NCBI GenBank assembly: GCA_046292385.1
Contig: JBKBRF010000033.1
Coordinates: 1-64,000 of the forward strand
DNA from: Armatimonadota bacterium
Lineage (GTDB): Bacteria; Armatimonadota; SYMT01
Direction: 5' to 3'
DNA length: 64,000 nt
Shown piece by piece: positions 49,025 to 57,763 of this stretch. The position numbers and the translations under genes were made by a program. A model generated the notes under the pieces. It did no database searches. It saw nothing but the letters and a program-made list of their open reading frames with translations, and was not told where the DNA came from. Numbering within the stretch: the first letter of the stretch is position 1; each line of letters starts with the position of its first letter.

Positions 49025-49876
49025 CTAGTCCCGGCGGCGGGAGTCGCGCACCAGCTCGATCGCGGTGGCGTTCACCGTCCGGGTGCCGGTGCTGCTGCCG
49101 GAGACGCGCACGTCCTGACCGAGGCGGAGGTCGTTCAGCCCGAACTGCTGCCCGCGGCCGCGGAAGTTGGCGCGGTCCACCTTCACCGTCCACACCTCGC
49201 CGTCGAAGTCGACGTCGATCTCCCGGTTCCGGCTGTCGAGCCCCACGACCTCACCCACGGCGTTGTTGGTCCAGCCGGCGCGGCCGCCGAAGAGGACCCG
49301 CCGCGCGTTGATCGCGTTGAGGCCGGCGCGCTCGCCGACGATCCGCACCCGCTCGCCGGTCTTGAAGTCGCGGAGCCGCGACGCGGTGCCGTTCCGGAGG
49401 AAGGTGGTATCCCGGTCGATCGTCACGCGGACGTTCCCGGCGGGAACCGTCACCTGGATGTAGTTGCCCTGGCGGTCGATCTCGCGGATCGTCCCCTCTA
49501 CCGTGCGGGACTGCCCCCGGACGGGCCGGTCGCGGTCATCGTCCCGGCCGCCGCTGCGCACGAACTGCACCTGGTTGGCGTGGATCCGCTCGGTGCCCTT
49601 CAGGTCGCCGAAGATGCGGACGGTGTCCCCGCGAGAGATCGTCCGTCCCGCCGGCACCGCCCCGCGCTGCGCGAAGACGCGGAAGGTCATCCCCTCCACC
49701 GCAATCACGAAGGTGTCGCGGTCCACCACCTCCCGGACCCGGCCGTAGGCCTGGACGCGGATGCCTTCTTCGTTCAGGGCGGTCTGGGTATCGCGGGGCA
49801 GGATCTGTGCCGCCGCCATCGTAGCCGCCAGCACGGAGCTGAGCGCGGCCAGTACCACAACGTTGCGCCGTTTCAT
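49025..49876 (-). CDS. Secreted protein with three DUF5666-like OB-fold repeats
   Basis: Signal peptide; repeats ending GDTVRIFG..IHANQV, GERVRIVG..INARRV, GQDVRVSG..VNATAI. Confidence 0.75.
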   Translation of the reverse strand: MKRRNVVVLAALSSVLAATMAAAQILPRDTQTALNEEGIRVQAYGRVREVVDRDTFVIAVEGMTFRVFAQRGAVPAGRTISRGDTVRIFGDLKGTERIHANQVQFVRSGGRDDDRDRPVRGQSRTVEGTIREIDRQGNYIQVTVPAGNVRVTIDRDTTFLRNGTASRLRDFKTGERVRIVGERAGLNAINARRVLFGGRAGWTNNAVGEVVGLDSRNREIDVDFDGEVWTVKVDRANFRGRGQQFGLNDLRLGQDVRVSGSSTGTRTVNATAIELVRDSRRRD

Positions 49877-49996
49877 CGTTCTGTTTCTCTTTCTTCAACC
49901 CGGCCAGCTGAACCCCGTTCCGGGCTCGCGCCGCGCTGACATATAGACCAGGAATCGGTCCTCAGGTTCCCACGATTGCAGAGCAGGCGAGCAGCC

Positions 49997-50773
49997 TCAC
50001 CGGCAGAGCAGCGCTCGCGCTACCGCGCGGGTCGCGTCCGCCACCTCGGAGACCGGCACATCCTTCAACGCGGCGATCCGCTCCGCCACCAGCGGCAGGT
50101 AGGCCGGCTCGTTGCGCCGGCCGCGGTGGGGAGTCGGCGCCAGGTAGGGGCAGTCGGTCTCCAGCACCAGCTCCCACAGCGGCGCTTCCACTACCACTTC
50201 TGGCAGAGCGCCCGGTTTCTTGTAGGTCAAGACACCGCCGATCCCCAGCAAGAGCCCCAGCTCCCGCGTCCGGCGGGCTTCTTCCACCGTGCCGCTCCAG
50301 CAGTGCATGATGCCGCGGAGGCCGGCGCGGGCGAACGGCTCGATCAGGTCGAGCGACGGCGTCACCGATTCCCGCGTGTGCACCACGATCGGCAGTCGCA
50401 GCTCCGCGGCGAGAGCGAGCTGTGCCTGCAGCGCCGAGTACTGCGCTTCGCGGGGGGAGAGATCGCGGTAGAAGTCGAGCCCGATCTCCCCGTACGCCAC
50501 CACCGCGGGGCTCGCCGCCAGCTCCCGCAGCTCCCGCTCCGCCGCGGCCGACCACGACTCCGCGTCGTGCGGGTGGATCCCGACGGCCGCGAAGAGGCCG
50601 CGCTCCGGGTCCGCCATCCGCACGGCGGCGCGGCTCGACTCGAGGTCGTACCCGATCAGCAGCAACTCCTCGACCCCGGCGGCGCGGGCGCGGGCCAGCG
50701 TCTCCGGCAGGTCCCCGGAGAACTGGACGTGGTTCAGGTGGCAGTGGGTCTCGAAAAAACGCGGCTGGTCCAT
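49997..50773 (-). CDS. tatD: TatD-family nuclease
   Basis: THCHL, GIHPH, GEIGLD, IVVHTRE, MHCWSG, LETDCPYL, NEPAY. Confidence 0.93.
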   Translation of the reverse strand: MDQPRFFETHCHLNHVQFSGDLPETLARARAAGVEELLLIGYDLESSRAAVRMADPERGLFAAVGIHPHDAESWSAAAERELRELAASPAVVAYGEIGLDFYRDLSPREAQYSALQAQLALAAELRLPIVVHTRESVTPSLDLIEPFARAGLRGIMHCWSGTVEEARRTRELGLLLGIGGVLTYKKPGALPEVVVEAPLWELVLETDCPYLAPTPHRGRRNEPAYLPLVAERIAALKDVPVSEVADATRAVARALLCR

Positions 50774-50978
50774 AGCTGAGAACGCGGAGCCGGGGCCCCC
50801 CAATCCGGGCACTCCTCTTCGCACTCGTTATCTTACTCCTACTCGGCGGTCTCTCGACTGGAGTGCTGGTGTCGGGACCCGCGGGCGCGGCCTCGGCTCC
50901 TCGCTAATGGCCCCCGGATGATTCTCGAGATATTGTATTTCCAGCCACTCTGCACCATCACCGGAAAGGGGTGACCCA

Positions 50979-51878
50979 ATGCGCCTCCTCATCAGGCTGC
51001 TGGCGCTCGCGGTGTGTCTTGCGGCTGTCGGGCTCGTTCAGGTATGGCTTCCGCGGCGCCGCGCGAGCGAGGCATTGATTCCCGCTCTGATGACGGGGGA
51101 GCCAGAGAGGGTTCAGGAGCTGCTTCGCGCGGGGGCCGACCCGAACTGGCGAGGCCGGACCGGGGAGCCCGCGCTGGTGCTGGCCGTGCACCATTGCCCT
51201 TCGTCGCTGTCGATGCTTCTGGAAGCGGGAGCCGACCCGAACGCTCGCGCGGTCGACGGTACCCCGGTGCTGGTGCTGGCGGCCCGGCATCAGTCGTGGC
51301 TCGGGTACCCCTTACTGCGCGCGGGCGCGGACCCGAACAGCGCCGGGCCCGATGGCGAGGCGGTGCTCGCCGTCGCGCTGCAGCGAGCGCCGCACCTGGC
51401 GTGGTCGCTCGTAAATTCCGGGGCCGACGTGAACGTGCGCAGCCGCAGAGGGGTTCCCTCGCTCGTTCTGGCACTGCGAGCTCGGGACAGCTCTCTCGCT
51501 CTGCGGATGCTGGAGATGGGCGCTGACCCTCGCGCCGCCAGCCCCGACGGGACAACCCCCCTCATGCTGAGCTGCCGCCTGGGGGATCCCCCGATCTGGA
51601 GAACGTGGACGCGAAGCAATGGACCCTGGCGACCGGCTTCACTCGCTTCGAGGCTGCTAGACGAGAGGGTAGAGATGAACGTCAGCCACACGAGTGGGCT
51701 GAACGCCCTGACGGAGGCAATCCGATCCGGAAACGTTTCGCTCGTGCGGCGGCTGCTCGCGGCAGGAGTAGAGGTGAACCCGGCCGCCAGGGACAGCGGC
51801 GCACTCACGCACATGGCGCCGGAGAGAGCGCGGCCCGAGGTTTCACGGCTGCTCCGGCGGGCGGGGGATCGTCGTTAG
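50979..51878 (+). CDS. Membrane-anchored ankyrin-repeat protein
   Basis: Repeated LL.AGADPN motifs; N-terminal TM. Confidence 0.85.
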   Translation: MRLLIRLLALAVCLAAVGLVQVWLPRRRASEALIPALMTGEPERVQELLRAGADPNWRGRTGEPALVLAVHHCPSSLSMLLEAGADPNARAVDGTPVLVLAARHQSWLGYPLLRAGADPNSAGPDGEAVLAVALQRAPHLAWSLVNSGADVNVRSRRGVPSLVLALRARDSSLALRMLEMGADPRAASPDGTTPLMLSCRLGDPPIWRTWTRSNGPWRPASLASRLLDERVEMNVSHTSGLNALTEAIRSGNVSLVRRLLAAGVEVNPAARDSGALTHMAPERARPEVSRLLRRAGDRR

Positions 51879-51948
51879 TAGCGTGCCGGGGGAGGGTTCA
51901 GGCTATCGGCTGTCGGACATGGGGGCAGTTCCGACCGACCAGAGTCTT

Positions 51949-53598
51949 ATGAAGCTCTTCCGCTCCCTCGGCTCCCTGAAGCTCCTCCGATCCGGCGCTC
52001 TCCTGCTAATCCCGTCCCTCACCGCCGCGGCCGGGGCTGCCGCGGTGCAGCCGCCGCCCGCGCCGGCGGCGCTGCCGGAGGCGCCCGCCAGGGCGGTTTC
52101 GCCGGAGGACGCGGTGGTGCTGATCCGCACCAGTAACTCGCTCCGCTCCACCCGCGGCAGCGGCTTTCTGATCGGCGACGGGAGCTGGGTGGTCACCGCG
52201 AGCCACGTGGTGTCGGTCGATCTCGGCAAGGGACGACGGGTGAGCGACCAGACCGCCCTCGTCTACGTGCCGTGGACCGGTCGCCCCTACGAGGCGCGGG
52301 TGATGGCGCTGGACGGCCCGGCCGACATCGCGCTGCTGAAGCTGCCGCAGAGCGGCTTTCCGGCGCTCCCGCTGGAAGGGCTGGAGGTGACCGACGCCAA
52401 CGCCGCGCTCGCCGCGCTGAAGGACCGCCCGCTGCGCCTCTTCGGCTTTCCGCTCACCTACGGCGAGGCGACGGTCGCCTCCCTCGCCAGGCCGGAGCAA
52501 AACGACAGCAAGATCCGCGAGATCGCGAAGCGGGGCGACACGAGCCTGAGCGTGCTGCAGTCGTGCCCGGACGCGCAGCCGGGGTGGAGCGGCGGGCCAA
52601 TCGTCAGCCTCGACCGCAACAGCGTGGTGGCGGTCTTCCACTCCCGGTACTACCCGAAGGCGAACGCGGAAGAGAGCTACCCCGCCGGCAGCGTGACGGG
52701 ACACCTGGCCCAGGTGCTGCGCTCCGCCGGGATCACCGACTTCGCTCCGTTCGTCCGTCCGCCGGCCTCCACGCTGCCGCGCCCGAAGGCGGCCGGGGAG
52801 CTGATGGCGCAGGAGATGCGCTCTCTCTCCTGGAGCGCCGCGGGGATGTGGGAGAAGGCGGAGGAGGAGCAGCGCAGCATCGTGGCGCGGGAGCCGTCCG
52901 ACGCCCTCGCCCGCTGCGAGCTGGGCCGGCTCCTGCTGGTGCAGAAGAAGTACCCGGAGGGCCTGAAAGAGCTGCAGGAAGCGGCCCGGCTGGCGCCGCA
53001 GAGCGTGACGGTGAACCTTTACCTCGGGAAGGCCTACCACCTCAACTTCAAGCCGAAGGAAGCGGCGGCGGCGCTCCAGGCGGCGCTGCGCAGCTCCCCC
53101 GACGAGGTGGAGCCGCAGCTTGCCCTCGCCGATCTCCACGAAGCGAACCAGCAGCCCGCCGAGGCGGAAGCGGTCCTCCGCGCGGCGCGGGAGAAAGCGC
53201 CGCTCCACCCGGGGCTCGTCTTCCGCCTGGGGCAGCTCGTCACTGCCCAGGGGAAGAAGCAAGAGGGCCTGAAGCTGATGGAGGAAGCGGCGGAGCTGGC
53301 AAGAGCCGACCCGGCCATCGTCACGATCCCGCTCCACTACGGCCGCGCGCTGGAGGACAATAAGAAGTACCGCGAGGCGGAGTCGCTCTACCGGGTGCTG
53401 CTGAAGAACGATCCGGGGAACCCCTCGATCCACTTCGCCCTCACCGTGCTCTACTACCGCACCGGCCGGTTCGAAGACGCCCAGATCCAGCTCAACCAGG
53501 GCATCCGCCTGCCGGGCCTCTCCGAGCCGATGCTGCAGAGCTTCCGGCAGCTCCAGGAGCTGATCAACAACCGCGGCGGAGTGGGTCCGCCGAAGTAG
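51949..53598 (+). CDS. Secreted trypsin-like serine protease with C-terminal TPRs
   Basis: GSGFLI, TASHVV (His), DIALLKL (Asp), PGWSGGP (Ser); TPR array; start could be 51919. Confidence 0.85.
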   Translation: MKLFRSLGSLKLLRSGALLLIPSLTAAAGAAAVQPPPAPAALPEAPARAVSPEDAVVLIRTSNSLRSTRGSGFLIGDGSWVVTASHVVSVDLGKGRRVSDQTALVYVPWTGRPYEARVMALDGPADIALLKLPQSGFPALPLEGLEVTDANAALAALKDRPLRLFGFPLTYGEATVASLARPEQNDSKIREIAKRGDTSLSVLQSCPDAQPGWSGGPIVSLDRNSVVAVFHSRYYPKANAEESYPAGSVTGHLAQVLRSAGITDFAPFVRPPASTLPRPKAAGELMAQEMRSLSWSAAGMWEKAEEEQRSIVAREPSDALARCELGRLLLVQKKYPEGLKELQEAARLAPQSVTVNLYLGKAYHLNFKPKEAAAALQAALRSSPDEVEPQLALADLHEANQQPAEAEAVLRAAREKAPLHPGLVFRLGQLVTAQGKKQEGLKLMEEAAELARADPAIVTIPLHYGRALEDNKKYREAESLYRVLLKNDPGNPSIHFALTVLYYRTGRFEDAQIQLNQGIRLPGLSEPMLQSFRQLQELINNRGGVGPPK

Positions 53599-53605
53599 AG
53601 CGGGT

Positions 53606-53760
53606 GCGTATTCCGTATCGCGTATTGCGTAGCGGAGGGCTGGGCCCTCGCTGCGGCAAATCCTGCCGGGCGTTTCGCTGTTGAGGAGCGCCTCGCCCGG
53701 CACGACGCAAGGTAAAGCGGCGGCAGCGTTCCGCTACGCAATACGGAATACGAAATACGG
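53606..53760. repeat. Family A hairpin element, copy 3
   Basis: gcgtattccgtatcgcgtattgcgtagcgg...ccgctacgcaatacggaatacgaaatacgg. Confidence 0.8.
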
Positions 53761-53761
53761 C

Positions 53762-55777
53762 ATGCGCTCTCCCCTTCCATCCTCCAGCGAGCCGTCCACC
53801 AAAGCCGCCGTCGACATCGGCGGGACGTTCACCGACTTCGTCGTCGTGCGCGGCGGGGTCCTCACGATCTACAAGGTGCCGTCGACCCCGGCCGATCCGG
53901 CCGAGGCGTTCCTCCGAGGTGCGGCGGAGCTGGAGATCCCGGCCGGGGCCCGGTACGTCCACGGCTCCACCGTCGCCACCAACGCGATCCTGGAGCGGCG
54001 GGGCGCGCGGGCGGCGCTGCTCACCTCGGAGGGCTTCCGGGACGTGCTGGAGCTGGGGCGGCAGACCCGCCTGGGGCTCTACGACCTGGAGCCGCGGAAG
54101 CACGTGCCGCTGATCCCGCGCGACCGCTGCTTCGAGGTGCCGGAGCGGGTGGACCGGGACGGCGAAGTCGTGGCTCCGCTGGATGAAGCGGCGCTGGAGG
54201 CGGCGCTCGACGCCGTCCTCGCCTCCGGGGCGGAATCGCTAGCGGTCTGCTTCCTCTTCAGCTTCGCGCGGCCGGAGCACGAGCGGCGCGCCGGGGAGCG
54301 GGCGCGCGCCCGGGGGCTCTCCGTGAGCCTGAGCAGCGAGATCCTGCCGGAGTACCGCGAGTACGAGCGAGCCAGCACCACCGCGGCGAACGCCTACGTG
54401 GCCCCGCTGATGGACCGCTACCTCGGCAGCCTCGACCGCCGCCTGCGGGAGCGGGGCCGGGAGCGGCTGCAGGTGATGCAGTCGAACGGCGGCATCATCT
54501 CGGTCGACCAGGCGCGCCAGGAAGCGGTTCGGACGGTGCTCTCCGGACCGGCGGGCGGCGTGGTCGGCGCGTGGCGGGTCGGCGCCGCCGCGGGCTACCC
54601 GCGGCTGGTGACGTTCGACATGGGCGGCACCTCCACCGACGTCTCGCTGATCGACGGGGAGCCGACCGGCTCCGCGGAGGGCGGAGTGATCTCCGACCTG
54701 CCGATCCGGGTGCCGATGCTCGACATCCACACCGTCGGGGCCGGCGGCGGGTCGATCGCGCGGGTCGATCCGGAAGGCGGCCTGCGCGTGGGACCGGAGA
54801 GCGCCGGCGCCGACCCGGGCCCCGCCGCCTACGGCCGCGGGATGCTCGCCACCGTCACCGACGCCAACCTGGTGCTCGGGCGGCTGCCGGAGGACCAGTT
54901 CCTCGGCGGGCGGATGCACCTCGACCCGAACCGCTCCCGTGCTGCCCTGGAGCCGCTGGCGCGCCAGCTCGGCCTGGGGCTGGAGGAGCTGGCGGAGGGG
55001 ATCGTCCGCGTCGCCGACGTGCAGATGGCGCGGGCGCTGCGGCGGGTCTCGGTGGAGCGGGGGCACGACCCCCGCCGCTTCGCGCTCCTCGCCTTCGGCG
55101 GCGGCGGCCCGCTGCATGCCTGCGCCCTCGCGGACGAGACCGGCATCCCGGAAGTGCTGGTGCCCCGGTACCCGGGCATCCTCTCCGCGCTCGGGATGCT
55201 GCTCAGCGATCTTCTGAAGGAGTACTCTCGCACGGTGATGCGGCCGGCGGACGAGACCCTGCCGGAGCTGGAGTCGCTCTTTGCCGAGCTGGAGGCGCTC
55301 GCGCTGGCAGAGCTGGCGGCGGAAGGCACGGCGCCGGCGCGCATCCGGCTGTCGCGCCACCTCGACGCCCGCTTCCGCGGCCAGAGCTACGAGCTGACGA
55401 TCTCCGGGGAGACGCTCGACCCCGCGCAGGTGACTCGCGGCCTGCGAGAGGCGCACACGCGGCGCTACGGCTTTGCGCCGGAGAACGGCGCGGCAGAGGT
55501 GGTGAACGTGCGACTGCGGGCAATCGGCCTTACGGAGAAGCCGCAGCTCCCTACCGCCATCGTGGAAGAGCTGCGAGAGCCGCAGCCGGTGGGCCGGCGA
55601 AGGGTGTGGCTCGACGGCGCCTGGGGCGAGTGCCCGGTCTACGCGCGCGCCGGGCTGGCTCCGGGGCACCGCTGGCGGGGACCGGCACTGGTGACGCAGG
55701 AAGACACCACCACCTGGATCCCACCCGGCCGATACGCCGTGGTAGACGGTGGTTACAATATCTTGATCCGCCGCTGA
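53762..55777 (+). CDS. hyuA: Hydantoinase/5-oxoprolinase subunit A (N-methylhydantoinase A)
   Basis: VDIGGTFTD, HGSTVATNA, LSGPAGG, DMGGTSTD, GAGGGSIA, FGGGGPLH. Confidence 0.9.
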   Translation: MRSPLPSSSEPSTKAAVDIGGTFTDFVVVRGGVLTIYKVPSTPADPAEAFLRGAAELEIPAGARYVHGSTVATNAILERRGARAALLTSEGFRDVLELGRQTRLGLYDLEPRKHVPLIPRDRCFEVPERVDRDGEVVAPLDEAALEAALDAVLASGAESLAVCFLFSFARPEHERRAGERARARGLSVSLSSEILPEYREYERASTTAANAYVAPLMDRYLGSLDRRLRERGRERLQVMQSNGGIISVDQARQEAVRTVLSGPAGGVVGAWRVGAAAGYPRLVTFDMGGTSTDVSLIDGEPTGSAEGGVISDLPIRVPMLDIHTVGAGGGSIARVDPEGGLRVGPESAGADPGPAAYGRGMLATVTDANLVLGRLPEDQFLGGRMHLDPNRSRAALEPLARQLGLGLEELAEGIVRVADVQMARALRRVSVERGHDPRRFALLAFGGGGPLHACALADETGIPEVLVPRYPGILSALGMLLSDLLKEYSRTVMRPADETLPELESLFAELEALALAELAAEGTAPARIRLSRHLDARFRGQSYELTISGETLDPAQVTRGLREAHTRRYGFAPENGAAEVVNVRLRAIGLTEKPQLPTAIVEELREPQPVGRRRVWLDGAWGECPVYARAGLAPGHRWRGPALVTQEDTTTWIPPGRYAVVDGGYNILIRR

Positions 55778-55933
55778 GGCAAGTTAGACTGGCGCTGAGG
55801 ACCCATTCGGACCATCTCTAAGGAAGAAGATGGAAGGGTTTCGGCGCCTGATACGTCTTAGGGGAGGACACCTGGGGCTTTTGCGGCTCCAGAGTCGGCC
55901 GCCGGCCCCCGGATCGAACGAATAACGCCCGCG

Positions 55934-57484
55934 ATGCAGTCGCCCCCCACCGCCGCAGAACAGGAGCAGGTGCGGACGGCGCGGTCCACCACCGCGTCGC
56001 CGCGCATCGTCGCGCCGGTGGTGACGCTCTCGCTCATCGCGGTGAACCTGCTGATGGCGCTCGGGCAGCTCGCCGCCACCGGCTTCCAGCTCCGGCCGGA
56101 GGAGATCGGCAACGCTCCCGTCAACTGGGCGCTCGGCGTCAAGCTGCCCTCACTGGTCCAATACGGCGAGTACTGGCGCCTGGTGACCGCCAACTTCCTG
56201 CACCACTCGTGGGGACACCTGGCGACCAACATGCTCGGGATTTACCTGCTGGGACGCCTGGTCGAGGCGTTCTACGGGCATGCCCGCCTGCTGGTGATCT
56301 TCGTGCTCTCCGCGATGACCGGCGCCGTCGCCAGCTACCTGCTCACTCCGAACGAGAGTCTCGGCGCCTCCACCGGCCTGATGGGGCTCCTGGGGGCGCT
56401 GATCGCCCACAACGCTCGCTACCGGCGGTACTTGCCGGAGCGGGTGAACGGCATGCTCTGGTTCCTGATCGCAGTGCTGCTGCTGCAGCTGGCGATCGAT
56501 ACCTCCCGACTGGTGAACAGCGACGGCTGGGGCCACTTCGGCGGCGCGGTGGGCGGCGCGATCATGGCGCTGCTGCTGGAAAGCCGCATCGCCGGGCCGC
56601 TGCAGTCGGAGCGGGACTGGCTGCCGCTCCCCACCGCCCTCGCCACCGCCATCGCGGTGCTCGCGTACGGCGCCTTCGGGCTGGCGAGCAGCCTTCCCAA
56701 CGAGCTCGACCTGCTCCGCGCCGGCCGCGCGCGCAGCGGCAGCGGCATCACCCAGAACCTGAAGCTGGTGGTGGAGCAGCGGCCCTACTTCGTGGAGGCG
56801 CGGATCTTCCTGGCACGGGTGCTGGAGCGCATGCAGCGCCACGAAGAAGCGGCGCGGCAGTACGAGCAGGTGCTGGAGCAAGGCCGCGCTAACCGCAGCC
56901 TCTACAACCAGGTGGAGGTGCTGGCGTCCAAGTTCTGGCTGGAGGCGAACCTCGCCTACGAGGCGGAGCGCTGGGAAGAGGCGCTCGATCACTATGCCCG
57001 CGCGGCGCGACTGACGCAGGACCGGGATTTGCTGGCCCAGGCGCACAACAGCATTGCGTGGATGCTGGCCGACAAGCTCCAGCGCGACTACCCGCGAGCG
57101 GAGCGGCACGCGCTGCTGGCGTTGAAAGCCCGCCCGAACGACCCGGCCATCACCGACACCCTGGCCTGGACCTACTACCGCCAGGGACGGCTGGAAGAGG
57201 CGCTCCGCACCCAGAAGCGGGCGGTCGGGCTGTGGGAGCAGCTCCCGGCGCAGCCAGGGCGGATGGAATACCGCCGGATCATGGGGGAGCTCACCTACCA
57301 TCTCGGCGCCATTTACGAGGCGATGCAGCGGCCCGACGAAGCCCGCGCCTACTACGAGCGCGCGCTGGAGCACCGGCCGGTCTATCCGGAAGCCCTGGAA
57401 GGCCTCCACCGCCTGCAGCAGGCCCACCCGGCCCCCACCGCCCCGCCCCCGGACCCCGCCGCCCGCACCGGCCTGCTCTCCTGA
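55934..57484 (+). CDS. Rhomboid intramembrane serine protease with C-terminal TPRs
   Basis: EYWRLVTANFLH..GHL..N, SLGAS, GHFGG; TPR tail (DTLAWTYYRQG). Confidence 0.9.
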   Translation: MQSPPTAAEQEQVRTARSTTASPRIVAPVVTLSLIAVNLLMALGQLAATGFQLRPEEIGNAPVNWALGVKLPSLVQYGEYWRLVTANFLHHSWGHLATNMLGIYLLGRLVEAFYGHARLLVIFVLSAMTGAVASYLLTPNESLGASTGLMGLLGALIAHNARYRRYLPERVNGMLWFLIAVLLLQLAIDTSRLVNSDGWGHFGGAVGGAIMALLLESRIAGPLQSERDWLPLPTALATAIAVLAYGAFGLASSLPNELDLLRAGRARSGSGITQNLKLVVEQRPYFVEARIFLARVLERMQRHEEAARQYEQVLEQGRANRSLYNQVEVLASKFWLEANLAYEAERWEEALDHYARAARLTQDRDLLAQAHNSIAWMLADKLQRDYPRAERHALLALKARPNDPAITDTLAWTYYRQGRLEEALRTQKRAVGLWEQLPAQPGRMEYRRIMGELTYHLGAIYEAMQRPDEARAYYERALEHRPVYPEALEGLHRLQQAHPAPTAPPPDPAARTGLLS

Positions 57485-57494
57485 TCTCCGCCCC

Positions 57495-57760
57495 CGGGAC
57501 TCACCGCAGAGCCGCAAAGGACACGGAGAGGAACCGAACGGGAATTCACCGCCGAGCCGCAGAGCGCGCGGAGAGAACCGGAACCAGAGGGAGGGGCCTG
57601 TTCCGCCTCACGGGTCCCGGACTGCAACCCCGAAGGTTTTCTCCCTACTGGTTCATTGCTTGGCGTTCTTGGCGCTCTTGCCGGTAAACCCGGTTCGGAT
57701 CCTGGTTCGGGTTCTCTCCGCGTTCTCCGCGTCTCTGCGGTGAATCCGGTTCGGGAAGGA
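57495..57760. repeat. MITE/REP-like element family B, copy 2 (inverted, with an extra arm)
   Basis: Reverse complement aligns by eye with 4022-4240 over its full length. Confidence 0.8.
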
Positions 57761-57763
57761 CCC

